From Candidatus Krumholzibacteriia bacterium (lineage in GTDB: Bacteria; Krumholzibacteriota; Krumholzibacteriia; WVZY01): a stretch of 14,341 bases of DNA. The DNA lies in assembly GCA_036478295.1 (NCBI GenBank), contig JAZGDW010000173.1:1-14341 (forward strand). Reading direction: 5' to 3'. Of the stretch, positions 8,280 through 14,341 are shown one piece after another. Made by a program: the position numbers and the translations under genes. How positions within the stretch are numbered: the stretch's first letter is position 1; the number at the start of each line of letters is the position of its first letter. The notes below the pieces were generated by a model. The model saw only the letters and a list, made by a program, of their open reading frames with translations, was not told where the DNA came from and made no database searches.

Positions 8280-8418
8280 TCCCTCCGGCGGGCGGTTTGG
8301 GGTCTCCACAAGAGGCTGTGCGCGCCCGTGGGCGGCTCGCGCCGGCGGGCGGGGTCCCTCCGGCGGGCGGTTTGGGGTCTCCACAAGAGGCCGTGGGCAC
8401 CCGTGGGTGGCTCGCGCC
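8280..8418. repeat. Two direct copies of a 64-nt GC-rich unit (period 75 nt)
   Basis: 8280-8343 and 8355-8418: the first 37 nt are identical (tccctccggcgggcggtttggggtctccacaagaggc), with 4 mismatches in the remaining 27 nt. Confidence 0.95.
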
Positions 8419-8431
8419 ACCCCGGTGCCGC

Positions 8432-8468
8432 AAAAAAAAGCCCCTCTCTAAGTAGAGAGGAGCTTTTT
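8432..8468 (-). terminator. Rho-independent terminator of the metalloprotease gene (possibly bidirectional)
   Basis: Minus strand GCTCCTCTCTA-CT-TAGAGAGGGGC hairpin (8440-8463) followed by T8 (8432-8439), about 40 nt after the stop at 8504. A T5 tract lies on the other side. Confidence 0.9.
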
Positions 8469-8503
8469 CGTTACGCAGTATGCACTACCACGGTCCGCTC
8501 GCG

Positions 8504-11293
8504 CTAAAAGCTCGAATCGAGCTTCGCGTCGAGCGCCCTGGTGATCCGCGCCTGCGACTCGAGCAGATGAGCATTGGCCTCATCGCTCAGCCCCGAGCGC
8601 TGTTGCGCCGTGTTTATACCGGACTGAAGCCGCGTGAGCTGCAGTCTCGCCAGCGCGATGGCTTCCCACGGGGTGCCGGGCGCCGGAGTCACCGTCATGC
8701 TTATCAGGTGATCCAGGTAGATACGTTGCAGGTTACGCTGCATGATGGCCGTTTTGCCCGCTGGCACAATGTTGCCGGTCCAGATCTCCGAGGTCAGGGT
8801 CCGGAACATCTCGGCAACCCTGTACGGTTCTTCGACCTTGTACTCGACGTCCGCCATACGCTGCAACCGCATCGGGTGCAGCAGTTGGGTGACCAGTGCG
8901 TTCTGCAAACCGCCGACCCACCCGTTCAACGGAAAGTCGAAGCGCCGTCCGTAGGTGTACATCCGGTTCTGCCAGTTCTGCATCTTGTCGTCCTGGAGCT
9001 TGTTCAGAATCTCCGGCGACACCGCGAACGCGTCCTTTGCAAAAGCGTTCTTGATGATGAACTGGAGCGCTTCCCGCTGTTCGGCGGCCGTCTGAGGCAC
9101 CAGTGGTACCTGACCGCTGTTGTCCCCGAGGTGTGGGCGCGCCGTGTACTGCCCACCGACGTACTTGAGGGCCCTTGCCGCTGCCCGATATTCCTGGATG
9201 AACAGGGTGGTCACCGCGTTGCGGAGCGGCGCGTAGCTCTCGCCATCTCCGACGACGCGCTTCTCCAAGTTACCATTGTTCAGGATATCCCTGCAAACGC
9301 CCATACGTTCTTCCGCCCACGCCAGCGGATCGTCGCCGAGGTCCCAGATCATGCTCAGCGGCTCCAGAGCACCGGCCGGGTACGTATCGTAGTCGGTACC
9401 GTAATGGTGGCGCTTCTCGTTGGCACGATTGACGACCGACTTGAGCGACCACTGTTCATGCTCGGGCGACTTGTCGCCGGGTATTTCGGTGTACCCGTAG
9501 GTAATGGCCCACTGGTCGTAGGTGCCGATTGACGGGGTGTAATAGTATCCCTGCTTGCTGCGATCTCTCGACACGTTGGGCGACGGGTAATCCATTACCG
9601 AACCGGTCATACCGATGTCCTCGACGACGCGACGGTCGTTGAGCTTGTCGTACGGGGTCGAGATGCTGCTCTTGAAGTTGTGGCGCAGTCCCAGCGTGTG
9701 GCCGACCTCGTGCGCCGTCACGAACACCAGGGCTTCACCGACGAATTCCATCGGCACTTCCATACCGTTTTCCTCGAGACCATCGGTGAGCAACACGAGC
9801 TGCATGAACTCGAAGTTTTGAGTGAAACCAAAGCCGATGTCACACATCGCACCCGAACCGAAGAAGTGATCGCGCAGCTGGTTCTCGTCGGCGATATCGG
9901 GGTTCAGGGAGGGGTCCTTCAGGTAACGCATCATCGGATCCATGTTCACGAAGGCTTCGGGGCCGGAATACCGCCGGTATGCCTTGCGGAAACTCGCGAG
10001 CATGTTTTGCTCCATCAGGATGTCCGCATCGATGATCTCGCCGGTGCGCGGATCCACGCGTGACGGTCCAATAGCGCCGAAACTCGGCTCGTCCGCAATG
10101 ATCCAGCGGATCGTATTGTAACGGGCGTCCTCGGCGTCGTAGTCAGGATCGTCTCCGACTTCCTTGGCGATGATAGCGTTCTTGAAACCGGCGGCTTCGA
10201 ACGCCCTCTGCCACAACTCGATGCCCTGGGTGACGTATTTTCTGTATTTATGGGGAATGGTCGTATCCAGATAAAAAACGATCGGCTGCTTGGGCTCCGA
10301 GAGAGAGGAATGCGGATCCTTCTTCTCGAGCCTCCAGCGGTTGATGTAATGGACAAAGAAGTTCTCGCTGCCGTCCCGCGAGAAGTCCTTGTGTGGTGTC
10401 AGGAAGTATCCGATACGGTCGTCCGCCAGTCTCGGCTTCATCGGATTCTCCGGCAGCATATGGATGCTGTAATGTACGCCGATCTCGATGAAACGGTTGT
10501 CCGGAACGCTCGGCAGGTTGAGTCCCCTGCGGTCGCCCGGCGAGTAGGTGAGCAGCGCTTCCACCTCGATGTTCTTCGGAAACGCCTTGACCTTTCTGTA
10601 CATGGCCTTTTTCTTGTCCATCTGCACCGACTTGCCCAGCGCCAGCCGCAGCCAGAACCCCATATCGGAAATATCCGACAGAAAGACGGGGTTCATCTTG
10701 ACGAGCAGTGCTTTTTCCTTCTCGTTCTCGCTGGCGATGGGGAGATTGAACAGAACCGAGTTGCCAAAGGTCAGGTCTATCGCGTTGTCGAGCGCCTCAT
10801 CGTCCGTGGCGCGGAAGCGCGTGTTGAGCTGCCGCATCTGGATGTGATCCTCGACGCGGTGAAAGTCGAACATCACCGAACCACTGATCGGCAGCCCGCC
10901 GAGAACGAAGCGCGCACCGATACCCTTCGAGAGACTCAAAAAGGTGACGAACGGTTTGTCGAGTTGATCTTCTTTTATCTCGAAGAAGACATCTTCTCGC
11001 TTTGTGTGCACGTTGAAAAGGCCCTCTTGCTCTTCGGCATCCTTGAGAACTTCTTTCCACGGCTTGTACTTGGGTTTGCTTTTGGACTTCTTGGAGTTCC
11101 CCTTCTTGGCGGCCCATTTGCCCCGGTTGCTCCGGGTCTTCTTGGGTTCTTTCGCCTCATCATCCTTGTCGTCGTCATCGCCGAGAACAAGGTTCTGGTC
11201 GGCGCTAGCGGCCGGAATCGGTGCGGCGACCGCGAAGCTCGACACGAACGTCACCATCAGCACAAGACCGACCAATATGCTAAGCTTGCGCAT
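8504..11293 (-). CDS. Secreted zinc-dependent metalloprotease (metzincin; DUF5118/DUF5117/DUF4953-type), 929 aa
   Basis: Signal peptide MRKLSILVGLVLMVTFVSSFAVA; HEVGHTLGLRH zinc motif (9680-9712); Met-turn SVMDY; family motifs PRLADDRIGYF, INRWRLEKKDP, DPRTGEIIDADI; AGGAGGT RBS at 11303-11309. Confidence 0.95.
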   Translation of the reverse strand: MRKLSILVGLVLMVTFVSSFAVAAPIPAASADQNLVLGDDDDKDDEAKEPKKTRSNRGKWAAKKGNSKKSKSKPKYKPWKEVLKDAEEQEGLFNVHTKREDVFFEIKEDQLDKPFVTFLSLSKGIGARFVLGGLPISGSVMFDFHRVEDHIQMRQLNTRFRATDDEALDNAIDLTFGNSVLFNLPIASENEKEKALLVKMNPVFLSDISDMGFWLRLALGKSVQMDKKKAMYRKVKAFPKNIEVEALLTYSPGDRRGLNLPSVPDNRFIEIGVHYSIHMLPENPMKPRLADDRIGYFLTPHKDFSRDGSENFFVHYINRWRLEKKDPHSSLSEPKQPIVFYLDTTIPHKYRKYVTQGIELWQRAFEAAGFKNAIIAKEVGDDPDYDAEDARYNTIRWIIADEPSFGAIGPSRVDPRTGEIIDADILMEQNMLASFRKAYRRYSGPEAFVNMDPMMRYLKDPSLNPDIADENQLRDHFFGSGAMCDIGFGFTQNFEFMQLVLLTDGLEENGMEVPMEFVGEALVFVTAHEVGHTLGLRHNFKSSISTPYDKLNDRRVVEDIGMTGSVMDYPSPNVSRDRSKQGYYYTPSIGTYDQWAITYGYTEIPGDKSPEHEQWSLKSVVNRANEKRHHYGTDYDTYPAGALEPLSMIWDLGDDPLAWAEERMGVCRDILNNGNLEKRVVGDGESYAPLRNAVTTLFIQEYRAAARALKYVGGQYTARPHLGDNSGQVPLVPQTAAEQREALQFIIKNAFAKDAFAVSPEILNKLQDDKMQNWQNRMYTYGRRFDFPLNGWVGGLQNALVTQLLHPMRLQRMADVEYKVEEPYRVAEMFRTLTSEIWTGNIVPAGKTAIMQRNLQRIYLDHLISMTVTPAPGTPWEAIALARLQLTRLQSGINTAQQRSGLSDEANAHLLESQARITRALDAKLDSSF

Positions 11294-11533
11294 ACTTACG
11301 ACACCTCCTGCAGGTACGGTTGAGTAGTGGAGAGACAGGCAATAACACTATATACGGAAGACTACGGTGCAGGGTTCCAGCCAGGCGGGTGAAAACAGCC
11401 CCAAGGCCCCCGGGGGCGGGGTTCTCTACCAGCGATCAAATCAGGAAAAGCGACCAAAGCCGTCCGGTGGGCGTTGCATCGGGCGAAATGTGGGCAGGTG
11501 TCCGCGCCATGAGCCAGGGGCAACCCCTTCCAT

Positions 11534-11542
11534 TGGTATAAT
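11534..11542 (+). promoter_or_regulatory. Candidate extended -10 promoter for the DPP-IV gene
   Basis: TGGTATAAT is a perfect TGn-TATAAT in the AT-richer divergent intergenic region. A second TATACT lies at 11606-11611. Confidence 0.5.
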
Positions 11543-11685
11543 TGTGACGGATTCCCTTACGAAATTCAAGGTCAAAATCCCCAATCCAGTGCGGCCCGAA
11601 CGCCGTATACTATTCTGTTTCATAAGCCTATCCGTTGTGGTACCCTTCCTTTTTTGCCACAAATCTATAGTTAGGAGGATGCTGA

Positions 11686-13938
11686 ATGCCGTCGCCGAAA
11701 ATCACGCTGGCCGCTGCTCTTATCGCCGCCGTATTCTCCGCTCCCGCCGCGCCCGGGGCCGCAGAGGACAACGGGAAGACCCTCACCATAGAGCGCATCT
11801 ACGCCGACCCCCCGCTCACCGGCCGGGCCCCGTCGTCCATCCGCTGGCTCGCCGACAGCAAGGGCGTGTCGTATCTCGAGAAAGTCGGCGAAGGGGACGA
11901 AGAGCAGACGCTTTTGATCGTCGCCCGCATGACCTCGGGCAAGGAGCGGACGCTTTGCGTGGTCGACACCATCACCATCCCGGAGGACCTGCGCAAGGAG
12001 GAAGAAGACCTGCGCGAGGAGGAAACGGACAAGTTCAAGATAGGCTCCTACCGGTGGGCCAAGAAGGGCCACCATATGGTGTTCCGGTTCAAGGGCGAAA
12101 TCTTCACGTTCAACGCCAAGAACGGCCGCGTGGTGCGGCAGACCCGTTCCGAAGAGAAGGAAGGCAACGTCGCCTTCGCGCCCGACGGTAAAAAGATCGC
12201 GTTCACAAGGGGCCATGACATCTGGGTGACCGATGTCGAAGACGATACGGAGCGCCGCCTTACGACCACCGGCTCCGACTCGCTCCTAAACGGCGTCCTC
12301 GACTGGGTATACATGGAGGAGTTGTTCACGCGCGGCAACGTCAAAGGTTACTGGTGGTCGCCGGACAGCAAATCCATCGCCTACCTCGAGATCGACGAGA
12401 GCCCGGTCCGCGAGTTTCCCATCGTCGATTTCATCCCCGCTTACAACGAAGCGAAGATGCAGCACTACCCCAAGGCCGGGGCGGCCAATCCCCTGGTTCG
12501 TATCGGCGTTTATAACCTGGAGCGCGGCACGACCCAATGGCTTGATGTCGATACCAGCGATGACGGCTATATCGCCCGCGTCTACTGGCTCAGGGATAAC
12601 AAACACGTTGCCATCGAGAAACTCAACCGCAACCAGGACACGCTGACGCTCCTCTTTGCCGACGCCGAGACCGGCGGGGTGAAGGAGATTCTGGAGGAAA
12701 AGAAGAACACGTGGATCAACATCACCTACATGAAGCGTTACCATGAGAAAAAGGATCTCTTCGTGTGGAATGCCGAGCGCGACGGCAACTCGCATCTCTA
12801 CCTGTACAAGAACGACGGTACGCTTCTCCGCCAGCTGACCGAGGGGCCGTGGGAAGTCTCCGCGCTGAACGGTGTGGATGAAAAGCGCGGGCACGTCTAT
12901 TTCACAGCACTCAAGACGTCGCGCCTGGAACGTCACCTCTACCGAGTGCCGGAAAGAGGCGGCCGCATACGACAGGTCACGCGACGGCCCGGCACGCACA
13001 GCGTGACTTTCTCTCCCGACTATCGTTATTACATCGACCGTTTCTCGAACACGGAAACCCCGCGTGTTATTTCGGTTCACAACGCTACCGGCAAGGAACT
13101 TTTTAAGATCGACGAAGCGGACAAGACCGAGCTGGCGGGATACAACCTGCCGGTACCGGAATTCTTCACCTTCACGTCGGAGCAAGGCCTGGAATTCCAG
13201 TGCTCGATCTTGAAGCCGGTGGATTTCGACGCGAGCAAGAAATATCCCGTGCTCGTCTACACGTACGGCGGCCCCCACGTCCAGTTGGTGCGCAACCGGT
13301 GGGGCGGCTCGCGTTACCTGTGGCACGCCTACATGGCAGGGCGCGGCTACCTGATTTTTAGCCTCGATAACCGGGGCTCGTACGGACGCGGCACCGCGTG
13401 GGAAGACCCGATCCTGAAGGACATGGGACACGTCGAGCTGGCCGACCAGGTTGCCGGCGTGGAGTACCTCGAGTCACTGCCCTACGTGGACGGGTCGCGC
13501 ATCGGCATTTGGGGCTGGAGCTACGGCGGCTACATGACATCTTTGGCGATGTTCAAGGCGCCCGGTGTGTACCGGGCGGGGGCGGCGGTGGCGCCGGTGA
13601 CCGATTGGCGTTTCTACGACACGATTTACACGGAACGTTATATGAAACGCCCGCAGGACAACGAAGACGGTTACCAGGCATCGTCGCCCGTCAATTTTGT
13701 CGATAGCCTGCAGGGCCCGTTTCTGCTCATGCACGGGACGGCCGACGACAACGTTCATCTGGCCAACTCGATCCGGCTCACGCACGAGCTCATCAAGGCG
13801 GGCAAAGATTTCGACCTGATGCTCTACCCGCGCAAGCTGCACGGCATCAGCGGCAAGACTTCACGCGTGCATCTATACCAGCGGCTGACCCGGTTCTTCG
13901 ACAGGAACCTGCGCGGAGACGTGACCCCGCTGCCCTAG
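11686..13938 (+). CDS. Dipeptidyl peptidase IV-like S9B serine peptidase, exported, 750 aa
   Basis: Signal peptide; beta-propeller with DWVYMEE (Glu-Glu motif) and YPKAG; catalytic GWSYGG (13513-13530), DDNVH and HGI; YDTIYTERYM; AGGAGG RBS at 11673-11678. Confidence 0.96.
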   Translation: MPSPKITLAAALIAAVFSAPAAPGAAEDNGKTLTIERIYADPPLTGRAPSSIRWLADSKGVSYLEKVGEGDEEQTLLIVARMTSGKERTLCVVDTITIPEDLRKEEEDLREEETDKFKIGSYRWAKKGHHMVFRFKGEIFTFNAKNGRVVRQTRSEEKEGNVAFAPDGKKIAFTRGHDIWVTDVEDDTERRLTTTGSDSLLNGVLDWVYMEELFTRGNVKGYWWSPDSKSIAYLEIDESPVREFPIVDFIPAYNEAKMQHYPKAGAANPLVRIGVYNLERGTTQWLDVDTSDDGYIARVYWLRDNKHVAIEKLNRNQDTLTLLFADAETGGVKEILEEKKNTWINITYMKRYHEKKDLFVWNAERDGNSHLYLYKNDGTLLRQLTEGPWEVSALNGVDEKRGHVYFTALKTSRLERHLYRVPERGGRIRQVTRRPGTHSVTFSPDYRYYIDRFSNTETPRVISVHNATGKELFKIDEADKTELAGYNLPVPEFFTFTSEQGLEFQCSILKPVDFDASKKYPVLVYTYGGPHVQLVRNRWGGSRYLWHAYMAGRGYLIFSLDNRGSYGRGTAWEDPILKDMGHVELADQVAGVEYLESLPYVDGSRIGIWGWSYGGYMTSLAMFKAPGVYRAGAAVAPVTDWRFYDTIYTERYMKRPQDNEDGYQASSPVNFVDSLQGPFLLMHGTADDNVHLANSIRLTHELIKAGKDFDLMLYPRKLHGISGKTSRVHLYQRLTRFFDRNLRGDVTPLP

Positions 13939-13997
13939 AACCGGAAGCGAGACCCCGCTGCCCTGGAACCGGAGACGAGCGCTGCCCTGGCCCCGGG
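13923..13997 (+). repeat. Short tandem repeat spanning the DPP-IV stop codon
   Basis: gaccccgctgccctAgaaccgga (13923-13945) and gaccccgctgccctGgaaccgga (13951-13973), period 28 nt; a degenerate third copy cgctgccctggccccggg starts at 13980. Confidence 0.85.
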
Positions 13998-14015
13998 GAG
14001 CCCGGCACCGGTCGC

Positions 14016-14044
14016 TTGCGCGCGCGGGCACTCGAGCCTACATT
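14016..14044 (+). promoter_or_regulatory. Candidate sigma70-type promoter directly upstream of the GNAT start codon
   Basis: TTGCGC (14016-14021), 17 nt, TACATT (14039-14044), 7 nt, ATG (14052). Confidence 0.55.
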
Positions 14045-14051
14045 ACGTCCG

Positions 14052-14341
14052 ATGGCAAAACCGACCTTCGCTCTTACCAAACTGCAGTTCTACGCGGCCA
14101 CGCCGTCGCGCTGGCCGGATATCGAAACGCTCTTCGGCGAACGTGGCGCGTGCGGGGGCTGCTGGTGTATGGCATGGCGCCTGCGGAACAAGGACTGGGT
14201 CGCCGGCAAGGGCTCGAGGAACAAGCGTGCGTTAAAGAAGATCGTTACCTCCGGCCAGGCGCCCGGAGTTCTCGCTTACCTGGGACGCCAGCCGATCGGC
14301 TGGTGCGCGATCGCGCCGCGCGAAGTATACCCCGCCCTCGA
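14052..14341 (+). CDS. GNAT family N-acetyltransferase, 5' part (runs off the window)
   Basis: MAKPTFALTKLQFYAATPSRWPDIETLFGERGACGGCWCMAWRL...GQAPGVLAYLGRQPIGWCAIAPREVYPAL. The CGGCWCM and PG.LAY...GWC..APR motifs are characteristic of a widespread GNAT subfamily. It is missing from the ORF track because it has no stop in the window. Confidence 0.85.
   Translation, partial: MAKPTFALTKLQFYAATPSRWPDIETLFGERGACGGCWCMAWRLRNKDWVAGKGSRNKRALKKIVTSGQAPGVLAYLGRQPIGWCAIAPREVYPAL

Noticed and set aside
8280..8418. Mini CRISPR array (37-nt identical repeat, 75-nt period)
   Set aside because: Only two copies, the would-be spacers are near-identical to each other, and there are no cas genes in the window.
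8114..8507. ORFs 8114..8386, 8202..8507 and 8246..8455 as genes
   Set aside because: They are translations of the GC-rich tandem repeat (two also run into the terminator) and have no convincing RBS.
11638..11657. Sigma54 promoter (TGGTAC...TTGC)
   Set aside because: The GG and GC dinucleotides are 15 nt apart rather than the required 10.
8480..13842. ORFs overlapping the metalloprotease and DPP-IV genes (8480..9532, 10250..11323, 11367..12191, 12286..13431 and others)
   Set aside because: Alternative-frame or antisense to well-supported genes, with no protein-like features.

Overview
GC-rich bacterial window holding a cluster of exported peptidases. The dominant feature is absent from the supplied ORF track because its stop codon lies outside the window: a minus-strand ORF from ATG 7950 to position 1 (>=2650 aa, hand-translated, no stop seen). 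It encodes a signal peptide, a prodomain, an S8 subtilisin domain with an intact D/H/S triad, an FN3 domain, and a chain of paired Ig-like (ASH/choice-of-anchor-D-like) domains. The first Ig domain of each pair is split at the same loop and carries a variable insert: 23 aa only, a GATase-like alpha/beta domain, a DUF4350/GIFT-like domain (twice), or a MAM/adhesin-like jelly-roll. Also present are a 929-aa secreted metzincin (DUF5117/DUF5118/DUF4953 type, minus strand, with an intrinsic terminator), a divergent 750-aa dipeptidyl peptidase IV (S9B), and the start of a probably leaderless GNAT acetyltransferase. Two short tandem repeats and several promoter-like motifs lie in the intergenic regions. 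No mobile element, CRISPR array or RNA gene could be supported. All family assignments come from motif recognition, not database searches.
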